A DNA stretch of 61,424 nt, filler included, from Coriobacteriales bacterium (GTDB lineage: Bacteria; Actinomycetota; Coriobacteriia; Coriobacteriales; UBA8131): NCBI GenBank assembly GCA_031263105.1. It is 6 parts of 6 records of this genome, joined end to end, with 100 filler letters (N's around TTAATTAATTAA, not from the genome) between each part and the next. Parts side by side here need not be neighbours in the genome. Positions count along the whole stretch, not along the records: positions 47,315 to 58,055 come from JAISGJ010000026.1; positions 58,156 to 61,424 come from JAISGJ010000108.1; 4 more parts are not named here. One strand, 5' to 3'. The position numbers and the translations under genes are program-made. The notes under the pieces were generated by a model. The model ran no database searches. It was not told the DNA's origin and saw only the letters and a list, made by a program, of their open reading frames with translations. Numbering within the stretch: position 1 is the first letter of the stretch; every line of letters begins with the position of its first letter. Shown here piece by piece: positions 50,847 through 61,424 of the stretch.

Positions 50847-51207
50847 CACTGTCATCCCGAGCCTGTCGAGGGATCTTCGACCGCGCAAGCGGTCGACCGC
50901 AGGTCGAAGGGCCCCCTGACCTACCGTTGGACACTGCGTGTCCAAAGATTCCTCGGCGAGCCTCAAAATGACAGTGGGGTGTGACCGAGGTACAGGTAGT
51001 CGCGCTCGATGCCCGGGCCCCCTGACCTGCCGTTGGACACTGCGTGTTCCGTGGGCCTGTCGGCCCGTCCTCGCTGAAAACGCGGTGCGTTTTCCGGGCG
51101 CTCGGACCCAAAGATTCCTCGGCGAGCCTCGGAATGACAGTGGGGGGCTCGGAATGACAGTGGCGAGCCTCAAAATGACAGTGGGGAGCTCGGAATGACA
51201 GTGGGGT
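50847..51207. repeat. Composite TGTC-tagged repeat array
   Basis: Two element bodies plus 4 tandem right termini (GGAATGACAGTGG / AAAATGACAGTGG). Confidence 0.9.
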
Positions 51208-51219
51208 GTGAGCAGTAAC

Positions 51220-52702
51220 TCACAGACGCGCGGCGTCGTCCACCAGTGCCTGCACGGCGAGGGCGAGCTGGTCGGCGACCTGTGCGGGGGCGGTGCCGCC
51301 CTCGCTGGTGCGGCGGGCGACGACGGCCTCTATCCGCAGCACCTCGAGGTCCGCCTCGTCGAAGGCCTGAGAGACTGCACGCACCTCGTCGAGGCTGAGC
51401 TGCTGGAGGGTCTTGCCGGCCTTCTCGGCAGCCAGCACAAGCCTGCCGACAAGCTCGTGCGCCTCCCGGAAGGGCAGGCCCCGCTCCGCAAGGATGTCTG
51501 CCAGGTCGGTCGCCGCCATAAAGCCGCCTTGGGCACCGCCGAGCATGGCAGGGGCGTTGACCTGCATCGTCGCGAGCATGCCCGTCACGGCCGCAAGGCA
51601 GGCCGAGAGGGTGTCTATGGCATCGAAGGCGCCTTCCTTGTCCTCCTGCAGGTCCTTGTTGTAGGCCAAGGGGAGGCCCTTGAGGACGGTGAGCAGCCCC
51701 ACGAGGTCGCCGACGACCCTACCGGTCTTGCCTCGGACGAGCTCGGCGAAGTCCGGGTTCTTCTTCTGCGGCATGATGGAGGAGCCGGTCGAGTACCGGT
51801 CGCTCAATGTGACGAAGCCGAACTCGTCGCTCGACCACAGGATGAGTTCCTCGCACAGACGGGAGAGGTGGGTCATGGCCACGGTGCAGGCATAGACGAG
51901 GTCGAGCAGGAAGTCCCGGTCGCTGACCGCGTCGAGCGAGTTGGGGATGACGCGCGCGAAGCCGAGCGCCCGTGCCGTCTGCCTGCGGTCGATGGGGTGC
52001 CCGGTGCCTGCGAGGGCGGCGGCGCCCAAGGGCGAGGCGTCGGCGCTCTCGCGCGCTGCGAGCATCCGCGTGAAGTCGCGCGCAAGCATCCAGTAATACG
52101 CGAGCAGATGGTGCGCAAAGAGCACCGGCTGGGCCTTTTGCAGATGGGTGTAGCCCGGCATGACAACCGTCGCGTTGTCCTGGGCGAGCCCCACGAGCGT
52201 CGAGCGGGCATCGAGCAGCCGTTGGGCCAGGGCCGTCGCCTCTTGCTTGGCGTAGAGCCTCGTGTCCGTCGCCACCTGGTCGTTTCTGCTGCGTGCGGTA
52301 TGCAGCCTGCCTCCCGCATCGCCGACGAGCTCGGTCAATGCCCGCTCGATGCTCATGTGGATGTCCTCGTCGGCGACGTCGAAGGCGAAGATCCCCGCCT
52401 CGATGCGCCCCGCTATCACGTCAAGCCCCTCCACGATGCGATCCGCATCCTGCGAAGAGATGACGCCCTGTGCCGCAAGCATGCGGGCATGTGCCGCAGA
52501 GCCTGCGACATCCTGCCGCCACAGCCGCCTGTCGACCGGCAGCGAGGCCCCGAAGGCCTGGAGCGCGCCGTCCGGCGTGTCCTCGAAGCGCCCCTTCCAC
52601 AAGGGCATGCCGTCCGAAGGGGAACGCGAGGCGCCGCCTTGTGCGGTGGCCGACGCGTCGTCCTGCACACCGTCCTGCACGTTGTCCTGCGCGTTGTCTG
52701 AG

Positions 52703-52710
<8 letters not shown>
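51220..52710 (-). CDS. argH: Argininosuccinate lyase
   Basis: [52 protein letters not shown]. Confidence 0.98.
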
Positions 52711-53986
<1,276 letters not shown>

Positions 53987-54092
53987 GTCGTACCTTTCAG
54001 TCTGTCGGGCTGCGCAGCAGGACCGCAGGGCGGGAGCAGGGGCGGGCCACAAGGCGGGGCCGCGCAGCGGGGCCGCGCAGGCCCCTCCGCGC

Positions 54093-54521
54093 TCACTTCA
54101 AGCGCAGCTTGTTGATGGTCGCCTCGAAGGCCTGGGCCTGCGGCTCGTCCTGCGTGATGGCGAGGATGGTGTCGTCCCCGGCTATCGAGCCGAGGACGGC
54201 AGGGAGGTCGGCGCCGTCAAGGGCGGCGGCAACGCCCTGTGCCGAGCCTGCGATGGTCTTTATCACCACGAGGTTGCCCGCCAGGCTCACGCGCTTCACC
54301 ATCTCCGAGATCATGCGCTGAAGATGTATGTCCTCGGCAAGCATGTAGACGCCCTCGGGCAACTTGCGCAGCCCCATATCGGTGACGTCGCGCGAGACGG
54401 TCGCCTGGGTGCAGGCAAAGCCCCTGTCCCTGAGCTCCTCCACCAGGTCGCGCTGGGTTCGGATATGGCGCGCGCGGACGATCTCCCGAATCGCCGCATA
54501 CCGCTCGTTACGCTTCTTCAT
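54093..54521 (-). CDS. argR: Arginine repressor
   Basis: TQ..L...L...[25 protein letters not shown]. Confidence 0.96.
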   Translation of the reverse strand: MKKRNERYAAIREIVRARHIRTQRDLVEELRDRGFACTQATVSRDVTDMGLRKLPEGVYMLAEDIHLQRMISEMVKRVSLAGNLVVIKTIAGSAQGVAAALDGADLPAVLGSIAGDDTILAITQDEPQAQAFEATINKLRLK

Positions 54522-54585
54522 GTCACAGTTCCCTTCTCGTTCAACCCTTGTCGGCCCTGTTCGGCCCCGGCCTTTCTGTCCTGTC

Positions 54586-55716
54586 CTAACGGCCCTTCAC
54601 GTCCTTCTGTTCCAGCACCAGCGCAAGGAGCGCCTGCTGGGCATGGAGGCGGTTCTCCGCCTCGTCGTAAATGGCGGAATAGGGGGCGTCCATCACCTCG
54701 TCGGTGACCTCCTCGCCCCTGTGGGCGGGCAGGCAGTGCAGGAAGATGGCCTCCGGCGCTGCCCGCGCAAAGGAGGCAGCGGAGACCTGGTACGGCCTGA
54801 ACACCCGTGCCCGCTCGTCGTGCTCGGCCTCGGCGCCCATGGACGCCCAGGTGTCGGTTATCACCACGTCGGCACCTTCGAGCGCCGCATCGGGGTCGGT
54901 GCCGACGAGGAGCTGTGCGCCCGTCCGCTCCGCCAGCTCCTGGCACTGTTCCACATACGAGGCCTGGGGGCGGTACGCGTCAGGCGTCGCGATGCGCAGC
55001 TCCATGCCACAGAGGGCAGCGCCCTCGAGATAGGTGTGCGCCATGTTGTTGCCGTCGCCCACATAGGCGAGCCTGAGCTTCGAGAGGTCCCCTTTGTGCT
55101 CGTACATGGTCAGGAAGTCCGCAAGGCCCTGACAGGGGTGGAAGTCGTCCGTCAGCGCGTTCACCACCGGCACCCGTGCCCAGTGCGCGATCTCCGCGAC
55201 CCTGGCCTGCGCAAAGCTGCGGATGACGATCGCGTCCACGAAGCGCTCCAGTACCATCGTCGTGTCCTTGAGGGACTCGCCGCGCGAGAAGGCCGAGTTC
55301 GTGTCGCTCATGACCACCGGACAGGCACCGAGGCGCGCCGCCGCCAGCTCGAACGAGACCCGTGTCCGCAGCGACGGCTTCTCCATGATGATGCCGACCG
55401 CCCGCCCTGCATACGGTGCCTGCTGTTGCGCACGTGCGGGATCCACCTTCCAGCGCCTCTTGTTCTCAAGGGCGGTGGAAAGGAGGAGGACGAACTCATG
55501 GGGGCCGAGGTCGAGCAGGCGCAGGAGGTCGCGGCCCGCAAGCGGATTGGGAGCCGCGAGCGCACCGGGGGCCGCAGGGGCACCGGGGGCCGCAGAGGCC
55601 GCAGGGGCACCGGGGGCCGCAGGCGAATCGAGGGCCGAGGCGATGGGCCCTCCGGCCAGGTCAGAGGATGCCATGGGGTCTGCCACAAGGTTTGTCACGG
55701 GATCTGTCATGGTCAC
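54586..55716 (-). CDS. argF: Ornithine carbamoyltransferase
   Basis: KPSLRTRVSF, HPCQ.LAD, GDGNN, TDTWASMG, FLHCLP, AENRLH; low-complexity N-terminal extension. Confidence 0.97.
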   Translation of the reverse strand: MTMTDPVTNLVADPMASSDLAGGPIASALDSPAAPGAPAASAAPGAPAAPGALAAPNPLAGRDLLRLLDLGPHEFVLLLSTALENKRRWKVDPARAQQQAPYAGRAVGIIMEKPSLRTRVSFELAAARLGACPVVMSDTNSAFSRGESLKDTTMVLERFVDAIVIRSFAQARVAEIAHWARVPVVNALTDDFHPCQGLADFLTMYEHKGDLSKLRLAYVGDGNNMAHTYLEGAALCGMELRIATPDAYRPQASYVEQCQELAERTGAQLLVGTDPDAALEGADVVITDTWASMGAEAEHDERARVFRPYQVSAASFARAAPEAIFLHCLPAHRGEEVTDEVMDAPYSAIYDEAENRLHAQQALLALVLEQKDVKGR

Positions 55717-56939
55717 TCGCTTGCCTCCATAATCTTTTGCAGCCTTTCGATGAGCAGGTCGACGTCCGCCTTCGTACAGACGAGCGGCGGAAGGAAGCGC
55801 AGGATGTGCCGGCCGATGCTGTTGAGCACAAGACGGTGCTCAAGCCCCGCCGAGACGACCTGCTCCGCAACGGGCCTGCTGAGCTCGATGCCCACCATGA
55901 GCCCTCGGCCGCGGACCTCGGTGACGAGCGGCAGCCTCTTCAGCTGTTGTTGCAGGTAGGCCCCTACCTCGGCGACCTGCGGCCCGATGTCGAGTGCCTC
56001 GAGCTCGTCGAGCACGGCGTTCGCCGCCGCGACCGCCAGCGGACTCCCCCCGAAGGTCGATCCGTGGTCGCCGGGCTCGAAGGTCTCGGCAGCGGGGCCA
56101 CGGGCACAGAGTGCGCCGATGGGCACGCCCGCGCCCAGGCCCTTCGCAAGCGTCACGACGTCCGGCACGATGCCGTAGTGCTGGAAGGCGAAGGGGCGCT
56201 CCCCGGTCCGGTAGAAGCCGGTCTGGACCTCGTCGAGCATGAGCAGTGCGCCGGTCTCCGCCGTCAGCTCGCGCGCGGCATGCAGGTACTCCTCGGTACA
56301 GGGGTACACGCCGCCCTCGCCTTGGATGACCTCGAGCAAAAGCGCGCAGATGGCCTTGCCGCCGATGCCCTGATGGAGCAGGGCCTTGAGCGCATGAACG
56401 TCGCCCAGGTCCACGTGGACGAAGCCCTGGGGAATCGGCTCGAACGAGTCGCGCTTCGAGTGCTGCCCGGTCGCAGCAAGCGCGGCAAGCGTGCGTCCGT
56501 GAAAGGAGCGCCGCGCGGCGATGACGGTGCTTGCGCCCTCAAGGCGGTGTGCCCCGTACTTCCGCGCGACCTTGATGGCGCCCTCGACCGCCTCGGCCCC
56601 GCTGTTCGCGAAGAAGGTCCTCCAAGGCGTTGCCGCATCTGCAGGAAGCCCCCTGTTGAGAAGGCCGCTGAGCTTCTGGGCAAGCGCACCGCGCCCCTCC
56701 ACATAGTAGTAGTTGCTGACGTGCAGCAGCTTTTCCGCCTGCCCCTGGATGGCTTTGACGACCCGGGGGTTCGTATGGCCGACGCTCACCGCGCCGACCC
56801 CCGCAAGGAAGTCGAGGTACTCGGCGCCCGTGTCGTCGTACAGACGGATGCCGTCGCCACGCACGAACTCGACCGGCTTGCGCCCGTAGGTCTGCATCAG
56901 GAAGGCCGCATCGAGCCTCTGTTCCTCTTGAAGTGACAT
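55713..56939 (-). CDS. argD: Acetylornithine aminotransferase
   Basis: NSGAEAVE, SFHGRT, EVIQGEGG, DEVQTG, LAKGLG, HGSTFGG. Confidence 0.96.
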   Translation of the reverse strand: MSLQEEQRLDAAFLMQTYGRKPVEFVRGDGIRLYDDTGAEYLDFLAGVGAVSVGHTNPRVVKAIQGQAEKLLHVSNYYYVEGRGALAQKLSGLLNRGLPADAATPWRTFFANSGAEAVEGAIKVARKYGAHRLEGASTVIAARRSFHGRTLAALAATGQHSKRDSFEPIPQGFVHVDLGDVHALKALLHQGIGGKAICALLLEVIQGEGGVYPCTEEYLHAARELTAETGALLMLDEVQTGFYRTGERPFAFQHYGIVPDVVTLAKGLGAGVPIGALCARGPAAETFEPGDHGSTFGGSPLAVAAANAVLDELEALDIGPQVAEVGAYLQQQLKRLPLVTEVRGRGLMVGIELSRPVAEQVVSAGLEHRLVLNSIGRHILRFLPPLVCTKADVDLLIERLQKIMEASE

Positions 56940-56966
56940 ACCGTCTCCTTCTGCCCGTCGGGGGCG

Positions 56967-57893
56967 CTATCCATGGAGCTTGCTTGCGAGGTTGTCGAGC
57001 GGCGCCGCCACAAAGCCGCCTCTGGACAGCCCGTCCTCGTCCGGCACGATCATCGTCCCTATCCCCTCGTCCGTAAAGACCTCGATGAGCAGTGCATGGG
57101 GAATCGTACCATTGAGTATGTGCGCACGGAAGACCCCGGAGGCAAGCGCCTTCACGCAGGACTGCAACTTGGGGAGCATCCCCTTGGCGAGCTGCCCCTC
57201 CTCCAGAAGCGCTCGGGCCTCGGCGAGGCTGAGCCGGGAGATGAGCGAGCCCTTGTCCGAGAAGTCCCGGTACAGGCCGTCCACGTCGGTGAGGAAGATG
57301 ACCTTGTGCGCGCCGATCGCCGCAGCGACCTCCCCGGCGACCACGTCGGCGTTCACGTTGTAGGACCGGCCGTCCGCGCCCACCGCGACGCTGGCGATGA
57401 GAGGGATGTAGTCGTTGGTGACAAGATCGGCGATAAGCGTCGTGTCGATGGCCGTCACGCTGCCGACCAGCCCGAGCTCCTCGGAGACCTGCTCGGCCTT
57501 GACGATATGGCCGTCCGCGCCGTTGAGGCCGACCGCGATATGCCCATGCCCGTTGAGCTGGGCGACCAGCTCCTGGTTCACCTTGCCGACGAGCACCATC
57601 TTGACGATGTCCATGACCTCGGGCGGGGTGACGCGCAGGCCGTCCTTGAACGCGACCGGCAGGCCGAGCTGCTCGGACAGGCGTGTGATGTCCTTGCCGC
57701 CCCCGTGGACGATGACGGGGTTTATCCCGATGAGCTTCATGAGGACGATGTCGCTCATCACGTTCTCGCGCAGCTCGTCATCGACCATCGCCGCACCGCC
57801 GTACTTTATGACGACGGTCTTGCCCGTGGCCTCCTTTATCCAAGGCAGCGCCTCGATGAGCACCTCCGCCTTGTCCAACGCCTGTTCAAACAT
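56967..57893 (-). CDS. argB: Acetylglutamate kinase
   Basis: EALPWI, VIKYGGAAM, VHGGG, GLRVT, NVNAD, LTDVDG, GMLPKL; RBS AAGGAG before 57896/57893. Confidence 0.97.
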   Translation of the reverse strand: MFEQALDKAEVLIEALPWIKEATGKTVVIKYGGAAMVDDELRENVMSDIVLMKLIGINPVIVHGGGKDITRLSEQLGLPVAFKDGLRVTPPEVMDIVKMVLVGKVNQELVAQLNGHGHIAVGLNGADGHIVKAEQVSEELGLVGSVTAIDTTLIADLVTNDYIPLIASVAVGADGRSYNVNADVVAGEVAAAIGAHKVIFLTDVDGLYRDFSDKGSLISRLSLAEARALLEEGQLAKGMLPKLQSCVKALASGVFRAHILNGTIPHALLIEVFTDEGIGTMIVPDEDGLSRGGFVAAPLDNLASKLHG

Positions 57894-57967
57894 CACGTTT
57901 CTCCTTACAAAATCCGACATGCCTACAGCATTCTCCAAGGAAGCACCTTCACTGTCGTTCCGAGCCT

Positions 57968-58010
<43 letters not shown>

Positions 58011-58155
58011 CCCCGCGCGCCCCGCCCCCCCCGCCCGCGCCCGCCCGAGGGCGGCNNNNNNNNNNNNNNNNNNNNNNNNNNNNNNNNNNNNNNNNNNNNT
58101 TAATTAATTAANNNNNNNNNNNNNNNNNNNNNNNNNNNNNNNNNNNNNNNNNNNN

Positions 58156-58497
58156 ATCCCGAGCTCCGCCGAGGGATCTTCGGCTGCGAAGCAGCCGACC
58201 ACAGGTCGAAGCTCCCCTCTAGTTGCAGTCGACCGCTTGCGCGGTCGAGGATCCCTCGACAGGCTCGGGATGACAGTGGGGGCCGGGGCGGCCGGGCTCG
58301 GGACAGTGGGGCTCTCGGGACTATGTGGGAGCTTGCTGCTCGGGCAAACGTAAGAATGGGCGGCAGGGCTCGGGACAGTGGGGCTCTCGGGACAGCAGGG
58401 CTCTCGGGACAGCAGGGCTCGGGACAGTGGGAGGCCGGGGCGGCAGGGCTCGGGACAGTGGGGTTCTCGGGACAGCAGGGCTTGGGACAGTGGGGCT
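58156..58497. repeat. TGTC-tagged repeat followed by a degenerate tandem array of its terminus
   Basis: Element body to about 58280, then about 9 copies of GGGCTC(TC)GGGACAG(T/C). Confidence 0.85.
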
Positions 58498-59402
58498 CAG
58501 AACGCGGCGACGACGGCTCCGCTGTAGGTGTCCTCGATGAACTGCCTCACGTCGTCGGTGTGAAGCGCGTCGTAGAGGGCCTTGACGGCGGCATCGTCGG
58601 TGCGGTCGCTTTTCACCACGACGATGTTCGCGTAGGGCGAGTCGGCGCCTTCGCGGAAGAGGTTGGCGTTCGGGTCGAGGCCGCCCTCGATGATGCGGTT
58701 GGTGTTGGAGATGTAGACGTCGTACTCGTCATGCGTGCGCACGATGAGCCCCGCCTCCAGCTCGATGATGTCGAGGGGCTTGACGTAGGTCTCGATGTCG
58801 CCCTTCGTGGTGGTTGCAGGCTCGGTGCCGGACTTGAGTATGATGAAGCCCGCGTCCTCGAGGATCTTCAGCGCACGGTACTCGTTCGTGCCGTCGTTGG
58901 GGACAGCGACCGTCGCGTCGTCGGGAATCTGGTCCGTCGAGGTGTAGCGGTCCGAGTACGCGCCGATGGGCTCGATGTGGATGCCTCCGATGCTGACGAG
59001 GTCAAAGCCCTTCTCCGCAACCACCGAGTCGAGGTAGGGCTTGTGCTGGAAGTAGTTCACGTCTATCTCGCCGTTCTCGGTGAGCTGGTTGAGGGTGTCC
59101 TCGGAGGTGGGCACCAGTATTTCGAGCTCGACGCCCTGCTCGGCGAGCGTCGGCTTGATGAACTCGAGTATCTCGGCGTGCGGCACCTGCGCGGCCCCGA
59201 CGACGAGCGTGACGGGCTCGTCGGCAGCGGGGTCGCCGCCGGTGGAGTCGGCGGCAGCGGAGCTGTCAGAGGCCGCCCCGCCCGTCCCGCCGCCCGTCGT
59301 TTCGGCCGGCTTCGTCTCCCCTCCGCAACCTGCAAGCAGGGCGGTCACGAGGGAGAACACGAGCGCAAGGCCCGCTATCAGGATGATCTTTCTGTTCTTC
59401 AC
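58497..59402 (-). CDS. metQ: MetQ/NlpA family ABC substrate-binding lipoprotein
   Basis: Lipobox LAGC, PHAEIL, NYFQH.PYL, HIEP.G.YS, PND.TNE.RAL, SPYAN. Confidence 0.93.
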   Translation of the reverse strand: MKNRKIILIAGLALVFSLVTALLAGCGGETKPAETTGGGTGGAASDSSAAADSTGGDPAADEPVTLVVGAAQVPHAEILEFIKPTLAEQGVELEILVPTSEDTLNQLTENGEIDVNYFQHKPYLDSVVAEKGFDLVSIGGIHIEPIGAYSDRYTSTDQIPDDATVAVPNDGTNEYRALKILEDAGFIILKSGTEPATTTKGDIETYVKPLDIIELEAGLIVRTHDEYDVYISNTNRIIEGGLDPNANLFREGADSPYANIVVVKSDRTDDAAVKALYDALHTDDVRQFIEDTYSGAVVAAF

Positions 59403-59574
59403 AAGAGGTTTCCTTTCTTTCCTTTGCCACTTCGTTCGTTCGCCCCTGGGTGTCCGTAGGCCCCTGGGCGCTCACAGGTCTTCAGAGATGCCCGGCCCTG
59501 CCGGGCGCATCATCAACATTCTGCCCTGCGCGTCTTCAAAATCGCCGTTCCTCACAAGGGGACGTCCTTCCTCT

Positions 59575-60261
59575 TCAGAGATGTCGTTTCCGCACGATGT
59601 GCCTCGCCCAGGCCTCCCCGCCGATCTGGACGAACTCGACGATGACGATGAGCACGAACACAGCGCCGATCAGCATGTGGGTCAGGAAGCGGTTGTAGCC
59701 GTACCGCACCGCGACGTCGCCGAGGCCGCCGCCCCCGAACCAGCCTGCGATGGCCGTCACGGAGATGAGCGCGATGATGGCGATGGTGAAGTTGCGGATG
59801 AGGCTCGGCAGGGACTCCGGCAAGATGACCTTGAGCATGATCTCCCAGTTGCGTGCGCCGATGCTCTTTGCCGCCTCGACCTTGCCGCGCTCCACGGTGA
59901 GGAAGCTGCCCTCGACCATGCGGGCGAACATGGGCGTACAGGTGAGCGCCAGCGCGAACATGACGGCGCCCGGGCCCCAGGACCTGCCGACGACGAACTT
60001 GGCGAGCGGCAGCGTGAGGATGATGATGACCATCGAGGGCAGCGAGCGCAGCGCGTCGATGACCACCCCGAGGACGGCGTTGAGCACGCAGATCGGATGC
60101 AGCCCGTCCAGTCGGGTCACCAGCAGGACGATGCCGAGCAAGACGCCGAAAAGCGCCATGAGCACCGTGGAGATCACGGTCATGAACAGCGTGTCCAGCA
60201 GGGCAGGCCAGAGGACCTCCCAGGTCTTCTGGGTGAAGAGCTCCGCCAACACCTCGCTCAT
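59575..60261 (-). CDS. metI: Methionine ABC transporter permease
   Basis: RSLP..I, PMFARMVE, EAAKSIGA, GGGGLGDVAVRYGY. Confidence 0.93.
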   Translation of the reverse strand: MSEVLAELFTQKTWEVLWPALLDTLFMTVISTVLMALFGVLLGIVLLVTRLDGLHPICVLNAVLGVVIDALRSLPSMVIIILTLPLAKFVVGRSWGPGAVMFALALTCTPMFARMVEGSFLTVERGKVEAAKSIGARNWEIMLKVILPESLPSLIRNFTIAIIALISVTAIAGWFGGGGLGDVAVRYGYNRFLTHMLIGAVFVLIVIVEFVQIGGEAWARHIVRKRHL

Positions 60262-61073
60262 ATCCCCTCGCCTCCTCTCCACTCCTTTGAGCCCAGGTCG
60301 GAGTTGACCTTCACAAAGACCCTCATCGTGTCGCTGGTGGGATCGGTGAGGACCTCGCGGACGGTGCCCTGCTCGACGATGCGGCCGTCCTCGAGCACCG
60401 CGACCCGGCGGCAGGCGTACTTGATGACCTCGAGCTGGTGGGTGACGAGGACGATGGTGAGCCCGAGCGTCCGGTTGATGTCCTTGAGCAGATCGAGGAC
60501 GGAGAGCGCGATCTGTGGGTCGAGCGCGCTTGTCGCCTCGTCGGACAAAAGGACGACGGGGTCGTTCGCGAGCGCCCGGGCGATGCCGACGCGCTGCTTC
60601 TGGCCGCCCGAGAGCTGTCCGGGATAGAAGTCCCTGCGGTCGCCCAGGCCGACGAGCTCCAGTATCTCGTCGACCCGACGGGCGCGCACGTCCCTCTCCT
60701 TGCGCGCCACGGAAAGGGGGAAGTCCACGTTGCGCGCCACCGTGCGCGCGTCGAGCAGGTTGAACTGCTGGAATATCATGCCGATGCGGCGGCGGAAGCC
60801 CAGAAGCTCCGCAGGGGAGAGGGCGGTGACCACCTTCTCGCCGATGCGGATGGTGCCGCTGTCCGGCTCCTCAAGGCGGTTGAGGCAGCGAAGCAGCGTC
60901 GACTTCCCGGCACCGGAGAAGCCTACGATGCCGAAGATGTCGCCCTGCCCGATGTCGAGGTCGATGTCGTTGAGCACCTCGACGGTTCCTGCGCGCGACA
61001 CGAACGACTTGCAGAGATGCTCGATATGGATGAACGGCTCCGTCACCAGTCTCCCCTGACCTTTGTCTCCCAC
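60258..61073 (-). CDS. metN: Methionine ABC transporter ATP-binding protein (short, no C-terminal regulatory domain)
   Basis: GFSGAGKSTL, IGMIFQQFNLL, LSGGQKQRVGIARALA, DEATSALDP. Start may be the GTG at 61046. Confidence 0.92.
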   Translation of the reverse strand: MGDKGQGRLVTEPFIHIEHLCKSFVSRAGTVEVLNDIDLDIGQGDIFGIVGFSGAGKSTLLRCLNRLEEPDSGTIRIGEKVVTALSPAELLGFRRRIGMIFQQFNLLDARTVARNVDFPLSVARKERDVRARRVDEILELVGLGDRRDFYPGQLSGGQKQRVGIARALANDPVVLLSDEATSALDPQIALSVLDLLKDINRTLGLTIVLVTHQLEVIKYACRRVAVLEDGRIVEQGTVREVLTDPTSDTMRVFVKVNSDLGSKEWRGGEGI

Positions 61074-61180
61074 GAGGGGCCTTGCGATGTTCCTTCAGTG
61101 CCCTTCGCGGCACTGCCCGTAACGCCGCATAACGGCCCCTGTGCTGCCTTTTGTAATATTAGTATTCTTATAAGTTTAAT

Positions 61181-61209
61181 ATAGTAAACGGTACGCCCCC
61201 CTTCGTCAA
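61181..61209 (-). promoter_or_regulatory. Sigma70-type promoter of metNIQ
   Basis: TTGACG (61209-61204), 17 nt, TACTAT (61186-61181), followed by an AT-rich possible operator. Confidence 0.65.
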
Positions 61210-61237
61210 GCCCCCTGCCTGTTACTGTTCACACCCT

Positions 61238-61424
61238 ACTGTCATTCCGAGCGTAGCGTAGCGAAGTCGAGGAATCTTTGGGTCCGAGCGCCCGGAAAAC
61301 GCACCGCGTTTTCAGCGAGGATGGCGCGACAGTCCAGTGGACTGTCGCGGGGCGAAGCTGCGAAGCAGCGGGTGAGCCCATGGAACCGACAGGCCCACGG
61401 AACGCGAAGCAGCCAACTGGCCCG
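61238..61424. repeat. TGTC-tagged repeat, runs off the window
   Basis: Near-identical to 8316-8420. Confidence 0.85.

Noticed and set aside
58261..58497. Short repeat arrays (also 34111-34210, 47543-47625, 45940-46010) as possible CRISPR arrays
   Set aside because: Units are adjacent or degenerate with no unique constant-length spacers, and no cas genes are present.

Overview
High-GC scaffold window, probably from a Coriobacteriia/Eggerthellaceae-like actinobacterium (inferred from a Tat molybdoenzyme next to a membrane-anchored LuxR, an NrfD protein and overall composition). It is made of six contigs joined by artificial N-TTAATTAATTAA-N linkers. Housekeeping content: ispH, gltBD, argB-D-F-R-G-H, metNIQ, a nucleoside-type ABC transporter, a superoxide reductase, a FIST protein with a hybrid kinase, and a Mo-bisPGD oxidoreductase operon. 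The main accessory region (8.6-27 kb, minus strand) is an ECF sigma/anti-sigma-headed cell-envelope locus. It holds two diverged secreted proteins, three paralogous lipoproteins, three FtsX/MacB-type permeases, an ABC-2-type transporter and a PASTA-only protein, and shows clear duplication and deletion scars. An IS110 element sits inside this locus. Because an empty paralogous copy of its target lies 3.6 kb away, the sequence alone gives its exact ends (CCT core), a promoter formed at the circle junction, and a bridge-RNA-like left end whose guide segments match both target and donor. The guide-encoded target (TGAAAGGAGATGA on the minus strand) looks like a Shine-Dalgarno site. About 15 intergenic loci carry a modular TGTC-tagged palindromic repeat, and one copy is read in frame as the C-terminus of an HTH regulator. 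Also present: a MITE-like element, an internally deleted toxin gene and two orphan antitoxin-like genes.
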